DNA from: Phocaeicola sp.
GTDB taxonomy: Bacteria; Bacteroidota; Bacteroidia; Bacteroidales; Bacteroidaceae
Assembly: GCA_045121515.1 (NCBI GenBank)
Contig: JBGVGD010000021.1
Location: forward strand, 21,955 to 85,954
Length of the DNA stretch: 64,000 nt
Direction of reading: 5' to 3'
The position numbers were made by a program, and so were the translations under genes. Position 1 is the stretch's first letter. Each line of letters opens with the position of its first letter. The notes under the pieces were generated by a model that had not been told where the DNA came from, searched no databases, and saw only the letters and a list, made by a program, of their open reading frames with translations. This document shows, one piece after another, positions 44,118-53,206 of the stretch.

Positions 44118-45821
44118 ATGAAAAAGTTTAAGTTTTTACAAATGTTGTTTTGTGTTGTACTTGGTGGCACAATGATGTTTTCTTGCGTTTTAGAGGAGGT
44201 GGATGACACAAGACATGATACTGGGATTACAGTAATCTCAGGGTCGAATGAGCAGGAAGTGGATTTTAATATTGCGTACGAAATACCTCAAGGACATAAA
44301 GTTGTGTTTGATGTGTATGCAGAAAATCCATTTGAGATTACGTTGGAAGGTTTTGGTAGAAAGAATAGTTTAAAACCTATTTTATCTGCTATGACAAATG
44401 AAAGTGGAGAATATAATATTTCAAGAGTCATTTCTGGTGGAGTGAAAGAAGTATATGTAGTATCTAGAAGTGCTGGTGCTGCTGCATTGCTATATGGAAC
44501 CATTCAAAATGGAAGTGTAGCTCCTAAAGAGATAGAGTTGCCTTCGTTAATCGAAAGTCAAGCTAATGTGGATTCTAGAGCTACTTCTTGGAATATTCCA
44601 TATTTAGGTGGTTGGAACTATTGGGGACGTCCTGACTATATAGATGGAACAAAGAAGTGTGACATCACATCTTTAGAAATGCGTACAATTAGTAAGGTTT
44701 TGCCAGAATGGCGCAAGGTGAAGGAAGAATATACGACTGCCGATTTTGTAAAAGTTGAAAAGACCGCCGAAATATGGATTAGCTTACTTTCTGAAAAGTC
44801 ATTGTTTAATAATACCTTAGGTTATTATTGCTATACGGAGGGAATGACAAAAGAAGATATTCCTGAAGTTATAGCTTTACCTCGTACGAATATTTCTTGG
44901 TTTAAAAGTACTGGTTTAAAATCTGGGGAATATGTTAAACTGAAATATTTGAATCCAGAAACCAAAAAGTTTGAGGATAAATTTCCTGCTGGAGTAAAGA
45001 TTGGATGGGCATTACATCGTTCAGGTTTTCATTGTCTGACTAGTAAGGTTAGCAATGGTACTTATCAATTCTATTCTAATAATGAGTGGAATCCAGAAAA
45101 GCGCAACAAGAATCACACAGCTATGTTTACAACTAGTCAAGGTAATATTATAGTAGGTTTTGAAGATACATATAATGAAGCTTTGTTGGTGGATAATGAT
45201 TGTAATGATATTGTCTTTCATGTGGCTTCTTATCCTAAGGATGCGATTAGCTCTAAAATTGTGGTACCTGATGCATCTGAAGATGTTGTAGAAGAAGAAG
45301 TGGATGTTATACAACCATTGACGGATATCGTTGAAATTTCTGAAAGTGATATATTGCTTAAAGATATAATGGTTGCATCTAAATCTAACTTGGTTGTTGA
45401 AGATGGTAATGTAGTTGGTGTAAGAGATGTTCTTTATTTAGCCGATACGAAAACGATGAATGAATTAGTTACTCGTACATATTCTTCAAGTGAAATGGAA
45501 CGTAAGGTTGTTGTTCGTACAACTGTCAAGTTTGCACGTGCAGCGGAAGAACAAAAGGAACGTACTGTTGTCCGTACTACGGTTAAGAATACAACATGGG
45601 ATGTGGAAGAGAAGGTTTCAAGAGCATTGTTCAATTATGTAGGTAATGATGTTTCAGGTTTGATATTGGCTGCCGCTAACCATTATCGTGCGCGATTGGC
45701 TGAAGGTATATGCATCAAGTTGGAAGTTGTGATGGAATTTGAACCTGTTGAATACAATCAATTTATCGAAAGTATTAATGTCCCACCATACTCTCCATTT
45801 ATCAAAGATATTAATGATTAA
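44118..45821 (+). CDS. Surface lipoprotein with DUF4114/LruC-like domains
   Basis: Lipobox FS-C followed by acidic residues; VGFED...DNDCNDIVF motif; C-terminal PPYSPFI. Confidence 0.7.
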   Translation: MKKFKFLQMLFCVVLGGTMMFSCVLEEVDDTRHDTGITVISGSNEQEVDFNIAYEIPQGHKVVFDVYAENPFEITLEGFGRKNSLKPILSAMTNESGEYNISRVISGGVKEVYVVSRSAGAAALLYGTIQNGSVAPKEIELPSLIESQANVDSRATSWNIPYLGGWNYWGRPDYIDGTKKCDITSLEMRTISKVLPEWRKVKEEYTTADFVKVEKTAEIWISLLSEKSLFNNTLGYYCYTEGMTKEDIPEVIALPRTNISWFKSTGLKSGEYVKLKYLNPETKKFEDKFPAGVKIGWALHRSGFHCLTSKVSNGTYQFYSNNEWNPEKRNKNHTAMFTTSQGNIIVGFEDTYNEALLVDNDCNDIVFHVASYPKDAISSKIVVPDASEDVVEEEVDVIQPLTDIVEISESDILLKDIMVASKSNLVVEDGNVVGVRDVLYLADTKTMNELVTRTYSSSEMERKVVVRTTVKFARAAEEQKERTVVRTTVKNTTWDVEEKVSRALFNYVGNDVSGLILAAANHYRARLAEGICIKLEVVMEFEPVEYNQFIESINVPPYSPFIKDIND

Positions 45822-45860
45822 CTCAGTAATGATATCCATAAAAAAAGGGAACCTTTCGGG

Positions 45861-47599
45861 GAGGGCACTGAAAAAGTACCTCCCTAGGTAAAATAAAAGA
45901 GATGGTATGTATCCAAAAGTTTGGATATGTACCATTTCTTTTGTATCTTTATGGTAAGAAATAAAGAATCATGTTACCAGTTCAGTCCACTCTTCCGTTC
46001 AGTGATTATTCAAGTCTGTATGACTTGCTTGTTCCCCCAACAAATATCTTGCGTCAAATTAACGACCTTGTCGACTTCAGTTTTATCCGTAAGGAATTGT
46101 TAGCAAAATATTGTTCAGATAACGGACGTACAGCAGAATGTCCTATCCGCATGTTCAAATATCTTCTTCTGAAGATTATATATGACTTGTCTGATGTTGA
46201 TGTGGTTGAGCATTCCCTGTATGATTTGTCCTTCAAATACTTTTTGGGTATGGTACCCGAAGAGACTTCCTTGATAAATCCCAGTTCCTTATGTAAGTTC
46301 CGCAAACTACGCCTAAAGGACAACGATTTGATGAATCTGTTGATTGAGAAGACCGTCTCCTTAGCGGTGGAAAAGGGAATCATCAAGTCTAAAATCATTA
46401 TTGTGGATTCTACGCATACTGGTTCACGTAGCAACCCCTATTCTTCTGTAGATATATTGAAACTCCGATCCAAACAGTTGCGCAAGGCAATCTATGATTT
46501 TAACGATGAAGTCAAGGAATCATTGCCTGAAAAGAATGAGGACAACGACCTTTCTCATGAATTGAAATATACCCGTGATTTGGTTGATTCGGTTTCTTCC
46601 AATGCGGTATTGTCAAATGTCCCCAAAATAAAGGAACGTCTGAACATGTTGAAGGAGGTGGCGGATGACATAGAAGACCATTACACCATTTCCAAGGACA
46701 CGGACGCCCGTACAGGCCACAAGAGCGAGAATGATTCCTTCTTCGGTTACAAGACCCATATTGCCATGAGTGATGAACGTATCATTACGGCGGCCATCGT
46801 CACTTCCGGCGAGAAAGGCGACGGTCCACAGTTGGAAGAACTGGTGAAACAGAGCCGTGAAAACGGGATGGAGGTTGAAACGGTGGTTGGCGATACAGCC
46901 TATTCCGGGAAGGACAACATCATTCTTTCCCAAGACGAAGAGAAAGGTTTTGAGCTTGTGGCACAGCTTCATCCCGTGATCAGTCATGGCTTCAGAAAGG
47001 AAGAAGACAAGTTCGAATTCAACAAGGATGCCGGAATGTTCGTTTGTCCAGCCGGTCATATGGCCGTTAGAAAAGCATGCCAAGGAAAAAAGAGTCAAGG
47101 AGCCAACCGTACAATGGTCTATTTTTTTGATGTCGAGAAATGTCGCAGTTGCTCTAGAAGGAAAGGGTGTTACAAGGAAGGAGCCAATACCAAAAGCTAT
47201 TCCGTCCAGATAACAGAGGAGAATAAACGGCAAGAATCTTTCCTGAATACGGAAGAATTCAAGGAGAAAGCCCGTGTAAGATACAAGATAGAGGCCAAGA
47301 ATGCGGAACTGAAGAATGTGTTGGGGTATGACAGAGCAACCTCATACGGGATGGATTGTATGCGTATGCAAGGTGCACTGACCATTTTTGTAGCTAACCT
47401 CAAAAGAATACTAAAGTTGTCTTGAGGAAATTCGGAGCTTCTCTCTTCTTCAAAATTTTACCAATATAGACAACTATAAACTGAAATAAGAACTTGTAAC
47501 AAAAAGAGAAGCTAGATAAAGAAATCCCTTCAAATCCAACATGTGAATTTGAAGGGATTATCTTATTTGTCAGAGGAAGGGCACTTTTTCAGTACCCTC
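45861..47599 (+). mobile_element. IS1182-family insertion sequence (~1.74 kb)
   Basis: 17-bp terminal IRs GAGGGCACTGAAAAAGT (45861-45877) and ACTTTTTCAGTACCCTC (47583-47599), one mismatch; duplication CCTTTCGGG at 45852-45860 and 47600-47608 (5-bp TTTCG if the IRs extend by GG/CC). Confidence 0.9.
45971..47425 (+). CDS. IS1182-family transposase (intact)
   Basis: DUF772-like N-terminus (GRTAECPIRMFK), IIVDST, VGDTAY, CPAGH...C..C zinc motif, RYKIEAKNAELK. Confidence 0.92.
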   Translation: MLPVQSTLPFSDYSSLYDLLVPPTNILRQINDLVDFSFIRKELLAKYCSDNGRTAECPIRMFKYLLLKIIYDLSDVDVVEHSLYDLSFKYFLGMVPEETSLINPSSLCKFRKLRLKDNDLMNLLIEKTVSLAVEKGIIKSKIIIVDSTHTGSRSNPYSSVDILKLRSKQLRKAIYDFNDEVKESLPEKNEDNDLSHELKYTRDLVDSVSSNAVLSNVPKIKERLNMLKEVADDIEDHYTISKDTDARTGHKSENDSFFGYKTHIAMSDERIITAAIVTSGEKGDGPQLEELVKQSRENGMEVETVVGDTAYSGKDNIILSQDEEKGFELVAQLHPVISHGFRKEEDKFEFNKDAGMFVCPAGHMAVRKACQGKKSQGANRTMVYFFDVEKCRSCSRRKGCYKEGANTKSYSVQITEENKRQESFLNTEEFKEKARVRYKIEAKNAELKNVLGYDRATSYGMDCMRMQGALTIFVANLKRILKLS

Positions 47600-47635
47600 C
47601 CTTTCGGGTTCCCTTTTTTATGGATTGTTTTTTAA

Positions 47636-50275
47636 TTATTTCTTCAAAGTAGCGATACTTTCCTTCAAAGAAGCAATCTTACTTTCGGCATCAGCCTGCT
47701 TCTTACGTTCCATTTCAATGACGTTAGCTGGGGCCTTGCTCACGAATTTTTCGTTGCTGAGTTTCTTTAATACACTCTGCAAGAAACCTTCGTTGTACTT
47801 CAAGTCGGCTTCCAACTTCTTAAGTTCTTCTTCTACATTGATGAGGTTACCGAGTGGTACAGCGTATTCAGTAGTACCTACCATGAACGATGCTGAACCT
47901 TCTGCCTTAGCTTCTACGTTTTCGATAGAAGTGAGGTTACACAACTTCGCAATCACGGAATTGAAAGCTGTAACAGGGCTTTCGCCTACTACCTGCAATG
48001 ACAAAGCTTCTTTCTGTGCGATGTTCTTCTGCAAACGGATAGTACGGATGCCACCGATTACTTCCTTCACAGCTTCGAAGTTCTTCACGATTTCTTCGTT
48101 GCATACCTTATTGATGTCCAATGTCTGAACCATCAAACTTTCACCTTCCTTGCGGTCATAGATGTGTTGCCACAATTCTTCTGTGATGAATGGCATGAAT
48201 GGATGGAGTAACTTCAAGAGGCTATCGAAGAAACTCAAAGTCTTTTCGTAAGTCTTCTTGTCCATTGGTTGAGCCTTACCGTCGATGTATGCTGGCTTCA
48301 CCATTTCGAGGTACCAGCTTGAGAATTCATCCCAGAAGAGTTTGTAAACAGCCATAAGGGCTTCGCTCAAACGATATTTGCTGAATAAATCGTCTACTTC
48401 AGCTACAGTCTTGGCGAGCATCGATTCAAACCATTCAGTAGCGAGTGCAGCGTATTCCGGTTGTTCGATATCGGCTACTTCCCAACCCTTCACGAGGCGG
48501 AAGGCATTCCAAATCTTATTGTTGAAGTTACGTCCTTGTTCGCAGAGAGCGTCGTCGAAAAGGATATCGTTGCCTGCAGGAGCCGAGAGCATCATACCCA
48601 TACGAACACCATCAGCACCAAAGCGGTCAATCAAATCCAATGGGTCAGGAGAGTTACCGAGTGACTTCGACATCTTACGACCAATCTTGTCACGTACGAT
48701 ACCGGTGAAGTATACGTTCTTGAACGGCATGTCGCCCAAGTATTCATAACCAGCCATAATCATACGAGCTACCCAGAAGAAGATGATATCCGGACCTGTT
48801 ACCAAGTCGCTGGTAGGGTAGTAGTATTTGATTTCTTCATTGCCCGGGTTGTTGATACCGTCGAACAATGAGATAGGCCACAACCAAGATGAGAACCAAG
48901 TATCGAGGCAGTCTTCGTCCTGACGGAGATCTTCTACCTTCAAGTTGGCCTTGCCTGTCTTTTCAATAGCCTTAGCCAATGCTTCTTCAGCGGTAGCTGC
49001 TACCACGAAACCACCTTCTGGCAAGTAGTAAGCCGGAATGCGGTGGCCCCACCACAACTGACGGCTGATACACCAGTCCTTGATGTTTTCCAACCAGTTA
49101 CGGTATGTGTTCTTGTACTTCGCAGGGTAGAACTTCAATTCATCGTTCATTACCGGTGGAAGTGCCATATCTGCAAAGTGCTGCATCTTGAGGAACCACT
49201 GCATAGAGAGCTTCGGTTCGATAGCTACACCTGTACGTTCCGAGCAACCTACCTTGTTAGTATAAGCTTCTACCTTTTCGAGGAGGTCGGCAGCAGCCAA
49301 GTCTTGTTCGATTTGCTTACGAACATCGAAACGGTCCATACCTACGTAGAGGCCAGCTTCTTCACTGAGTGTACCGTTATCGTTGAAAATATCGATGCTA
49401 GGCAAGTTGTATTTTTCACCCAACATATAGTCGTTCACGTCGTGAGCTGGAGTTACCTTTAAACAACCTGTACCGAATTCAATGTCTACATAATCGTCTT
49501 CAATCACAGGGATAGAACGACCTACCAATGGTACAATCACGCGCTTACCCTTCAACCATTCGTTCTTCGGGTCGTTCGGATTGATACACATCGCAGTATC
49601 ACCCATGATGGTTTCCGGACGAGTAGTAGCTACTACCGCATAACGTCCTTCTGCATCTCCTTCCACCTTGTAACGGAGGTAGTAGAGCTTGCTATGTTCT
49701 TCCTTGTAGATTACTTCTTCATCAGAGAGGGCAGTCAATGCCTTCGGGTCCCAGTTCACCATGCGGACACCACGATAAATCAAGCCCTTTTCATAAAGGT
49801 CGCAGAATACCTTGATCACGCTTTCAGAACGTTCTTCGTCCATAGTGAAGGCAGTGCGGTCCCAGTCGCATGATGCACCGAGCTTACGGAGCTGCTTCAG
49901 GATGATGCCACCGTGTTCGTCTGTCCATTCCCAAGCATGCTTCAAGAATTCTTCACGAGTAAGGTCTGTCTTCTTGATACCCTGTTGGGCGAGTTTGTTC
50001 ACTACCTTAGCTTCGGTAGCGATAGATGCGTGGTCGGTACCCGGCACCCAGCAGGCATTCTTGCCTTCCATGCGGGCGCGGCGAACCAAGATGTCTTGAA
50101 TCGTATTGTTCAGCATGTGTCCCATGTGGAGAACACCAGTCACGTTTGGCGGTGGAATAACGACGGTATACGGTTCACGTCCGTCAGGTTTCGAACTGAA
50201 AAGTTTGTTGTCCAGCCAATACTGATACCATTTTCCCTCCACGTCGGCGGGATTGTACTTGCTTGCTAATTCCAT
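47636..50275 (-). CDS. valS: Valine--tRNA ligase
   Basis: [27 protein letters not shown] and KMSKS motifs; coiled-coil C-terminus. Confidence 0.99.
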   Translation of the reverse strand: MELASKYNPADVEGKWYQYWLDNKLFSSKPDGREPYTVVIPPPNVTGVLHMGHMLNNTIQDILVRRARMEGKNACWVPGTDHASIATEAKVVNKLAQQGIKKTDLTREEFLKHAWEWTDEHGGIILKQLRKLGASCDWDRTAFTMDEERSESVIKVFCDLYEKGLIYRGVRMVNWDPKALTALSDEEVIYKEEHSKLYYLRYKVEGDAEGRYAVVATTRPETIMGDTAMCINPNDPKNEWLKGKRVIVPLVGRSIPVIEDDYVDIEFGTGCLKVTPAHDVNDYMLGEKYNLPSIDIFNDNGTLSEEAGLYVGMDRFDVRKQIEQDLAAADLLEKVEAYTNKVGCSERTGVAIEPKLSMQWFLKMQHFADMALPPVMNDELKFYPAKYKNTYRNWLENIKDWCISRQLWWGHRIPAYYLPEGGFVVAATAEEALAKAIEKTGKANLKVEDLRQDEDCLDTWFSSWLWPISLFDGINNPGNEEIKYYYPTSDLVTGPDIIFFWVARMIMAGYEYLGDMPFKNVYFTGIVRDKIGRKMSKSLGNSPDPLDLIDRFGADGVRMGMMLSAPAGNDILFDDALCEQGRNFNNKIWNAFRLVKGWEVADIEQPEYAALATEWFESMLAKTVAEVDDLFSKYRLSEALMAVYKLFWDEFSSWYLEMVKPAYIDGKAQPMDKKTYEKTLSFFDSLLKLLHPFMPFITEELWQHIYDRKEGESLMVQTLDINKVCNEEIVKNFEAVKEVIGGIRTIRLQKNIAQKEALSLQVVGESPVTAFNSVIAKLCNLTSIENVEAKAEGSASFMVGTTEYAVPLGNLINVEEELKKLEADLKYNEGFLQSVLKKLSNEKFVSKAPANVIEMERKKQADAESKIASLKESIATLKK

Positions 50276-50318
50276 GTTCTTATATATGTTTTAAGTTTTT
50301 GATTTCTTTCTGTTCATT

Positions 50319-50403
50319 TTGTCATTTAGACGACCGTAGGGAGGAAAAATCTCGATGACATAATGGATGTTTCCGAGATCCTTCGCTACGCTCTGGGTGA
50401 CAA
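50319..50403. repeat. REP-like palindromic element, copy 1
   Basis: TTGTCATTTAGACGACCGTAGGGAGGAAAAATCTCG...CGAGATCCTTCGCTACGCTCTGGGTGACAA; arms homologous to copy 2. Confidence 0.8.
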
Positions 50404-50519
50404 TATGCTTGGAGTATATCTTTTTAATATGCCCTTTTCGGGAAAAGAATACCCAATAGGTTGCAAAATTACAAAAACTCTGTGGAATATCCGCTTTTTG
50501 TGGAAGAAAAGTTTAATTA

Positions 50520-50621
50520 TCACATCAGCTGGATGCACGAGGTGGTACCCAGGGTAGTCGCTATCGCCGTCAGGATAGTGATGGCGAAGTGGATGATTTT
50601 TTGCCAGAATTCTTTTTTCAT
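50520..50621 (-). CDS. Smalltalk-family small protein (33 aa)
   Basis: MKKEFWQKIIHFAITILTAIATTLGTTSCIQLM*: matches the MKK..W...TALGTTSC pattern of Bacteroides smalltalk peptides; absent from the ORF track. Confidence 0.8.
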   Translation of the reverse strand: MKKEFWQKIIHFAITILTAIATTLGTTSCIQLM

Positions 50622-50634
50622 GAGTATAAATTTT

Positions 50635-51943
50635 CATAAGTGTCCACTAAAAAATCGAAATAGTTCTTTGAAATGATTGATATTTAATTTGTTACAAGAG
50701 ATTTTTGAGTCAACGGATTTGAAATTACTTTTGCGGTCATAATCAGACCGTTATGCATAAAGACAAATTCGTTTTCGCCCAATTAGTCGAGTTCTTAGAT
50801 AGAAATCACTTTAATTATCTCGTCCGCAAGTATTTGGGAGACAAGTATATAAAATTCTTCACCTGTTGGAACCAACTGCTTGTAATGATGTTCGGGCAAC
50901 TCGCAAAATGTGAAAGTTTATGCGACTTAATCGTTGCGCTTGAAGCACATTGGCGGAAGCTGTATCACTTAGGCATGGGTAAATCTGTAACCAGAAGTAA
51001 TCTTGCCAAAACGAACGAACAACGTGACTACAGAATCTTTGAAGATTTTGCCTATCACCTAGTAGCTAAAGCATGTTCCAAAAGTACTGAAAAGATATTC
51101 GGTTTCGATGGTCATGTGTATGCTTTTGACTCAACCACGATAGACCTTTGTCTTGAAGTTTTCGAGTGGGCTAAGTTCCGTAAACACAAAGGCGGAATCA
51201 AGGTTCATACGCTTTATGATATTGAAGCACAGGTACCTGCGTTCTTTCATATTACCACGGCATCAACCAATGATATGAAAGCCATGCCAGAAATTCCATA
51301 CGAGAAAGGTGCTTACTATATATTTGACAGAGGTTATAATGACTTCGCCAATTTGTTCAACATTGAACAGATAGAGGCTACCTTTGTGGTGCGTGCCAAA
51401 AAGAACCTTAAGTGCAAACAAATCTCTTGGAAACGGAGACTTCCGAAGAACGTTTCATCGGACTCTATCATTGAGTTTACCATTTATAAAAGTTCTAAAG
51501 ATTATCCAATTCCGCTGAGAAGAGTCATTTATCACGATGAAGAACAAGATCGTGAGTTCGTGTTTCTAACAAACGATTTTAACTTCCTGCACTTGTAGTA
51601 TCTGAACTTTATCGCAACCGATGGAGTGTAGAATTGTTCTTTAAATGGCTCAAGCAGCACCTTAAAATTAAGAAATTTTGGGGTACAAGCGAGAATGCCG
51701 TAAGGATACAAATATATTGTGCCATAATTACTTACTGCTTGGTGGTAATTATAAAGCACGATATGAAACTCGAACGGTCTGTTTATGAGGTCCTGCAAAT
51801 AATCGGAATCTCACTTACTGATAAAACTCATCTGAGAGACCTCTTCGACAAATCAAATATCAACAATGTCAATGAACGATTCGGTTCTAGTGAACCAAGT
51901 TTATTTAATTTTTAATCGCCCACTTTTTTAGTGGACACTAGTG
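50635..51943 (+). mobile_element. IS4-family insertion sequence (1309 bp)
   Basis: IRs CATAAGTGTCCACTAAAAAA and TTTTTTAGTGGACACTAGTG (18/20 match); 9-bp duplication ATAAATTTT at 50626-50634 and 51944-51952. Confidence 0.92.
50753..51915 (+). pseudogene. IS4-family transposase with a 1-nt deletion near 51585
   Basis: DUF4372-like N-terminus, FDSTTI and IFDRGY motifs; the YRNRWSVELFFKWLKQHL motif continues in another frame. Confidence 0.88.
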
Positions 51944-51963
51944 ATAAATTTTAAGTAATGAAT

Positions 51964-51985
51964 GTAGGGACGCTGCGTGCAGCGT
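51964..51985 (+). repeat. Single GTAG-type REP-like hairpin
   Basis: GTAG-GG-ACGCTGC-GT-GCAGCGT: GTAG foot followed by a perfect 7-bp stem. Confidence 0.4.
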
Positions 51986-52032
51986 TAGGTTTGTGTTTTT
52001 GAGGGTAAAGTCAAAAATCAAAACAATTGTTA

Positions 52033-52137
52033 TTTTGTCATTCAGACGACCGAAGGGAGGAAGAATCTCGAGTGCATAGCGCAGCTTTCATCAAGTGGCT
52101 GTTTCCGAGATTCTTCGCTTCGCTCTGAATGACAAAA
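52033..52137. repeat. REP-like palindromic element, copy 2
   Basis: TTTTGTCATTCAGACGACCGAAGGGAGGAAGAATCTCG...CGAGATTCTTCGCTTCGCTCTGAATGACAAAA. Confidence 0.85.
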
Positions 52138-52179
52138 TGTAGGAGAATGACAATAAAGAGGGGGTTAGCAGACTAATAA

Positions 52180-52629
52180 TCAATCAGTCAAATCCTCGCC
52201 ACCTTCTTCGGTGTTATCCTTGTCCTCCTTGGTGTAGCGGGGCTTCACCTTGGCGAAGGTGAGGTTCGAAAGTACGCCTACAATGGCGCTGCCTGGACGG
52301 AAGTTGATGCGCGCCTTCTTGATGAGCGAATCGTTGTAGTCTTCCTCGGTTACGGCACCCTTCGAGCTGATACCGATCTGCAAGGAGCAGAGGTCGCCCA
52401 AGCGGACAATTTCGCCATTGCGGAGGGCATCGGTGATGACGTCTTCAAGCGCTACGAGCACTGCGAATACGTCGCTCTTGTGTACGGTACAAGTCTGCTG
52501 GATGCGTTCGGACATCTCGCGGAGGTTGATGTCACCACTGGCCTGCACGTGGCCATAATACTTCGGTGCGGCTTCCTTGTCGCGCGGATTGATGCGCGGC
52601 GATACGGAGTAAGTTACGTTTCTTTCCAT
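52180..52629 (-). CDS. Long HU-family (Bacteroides HU-related) DNA-binding protein
   Basis: INPRDKEAAPKYY and GEIVRLGDLCSLQIGI...RINFRPG motifs; acidic tail; ATG at 52629 with TATCTTTG at 52658-52665. Confidence 0.88.
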   Translation of the reverse strand: MERNVTYSVSPRINPRDKEAAPKYYGHVQASGDINLREMSERIQQTCTVHKSDVFAVLVALEDVITDALRNGEIVRLGDLCSLQIGISSKGAVTEEDYNDSLIKKARINFRPGSAIVGVLSNLTFAKVKPRYTKEDKDNTEEGGEDLTD

Positions 52630-53206
52630 AATGTGTTTGTGATTAATGATTACACAGCAAAGATACAACATCCGTATAGCGGTTGTCAAGTTTTGCAAAA
52701 CTTTTTTTGCATCGTGAAGGCTATTTTTTCAATCGCCTTCACAATTTTGAAAATCGCCTTCGCGATTCCTGAATGTCAGTAGGATAAACAACTTAAACAG
52801 TAAACAGTAACATTCTTTTCTATAGAGTTATAATGTAAAGAAATTTTATTATATTTATATATAATTCCGCCAACGGGTAACTCATATTTGAATTATAATC
52901 CTTCAACAGGGTTTTCTGCTTCTAAAGAAGCTACTGAATTCATGTTTTTTAGTGTTAGTAATGTGGGGGTAGTAGTGGTGAAGTAGAAGGTACCATACAG
53001 GTGGTTGAGAATAACAGTGCACCAGTTCCTTTAAAATCTATCCTTCGTAATCAGGATGTCCGCTTGAACATCGTTTTCAAATGAGGTTGAACTTTCCCAC
53101 GAACCCATGCCGTTCGTGGGGAAATTTTGTATCAGATTTCCCCCTTCCCATTAGGATAATTGCATGGAAATTTGTTTCTTTGCAATTTAGAACAGACTGA
53201 AGCATT

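Noticed and set aside
50276-50460. T-box or Val-rich leader peptide before valS
   Set aside because: No T-box motif; the only short ORF (MSSRFFLPTVV) lies inside the REP element and is not convincingly Val-rich.
52004-52016. Solo IS end: GGTAAAGTCAAAA is shared with 55591-55603
   Set aside because: Only 13 AT-rich bp, partly outside the IR, and there is no partner end; chance cannot be excluded.
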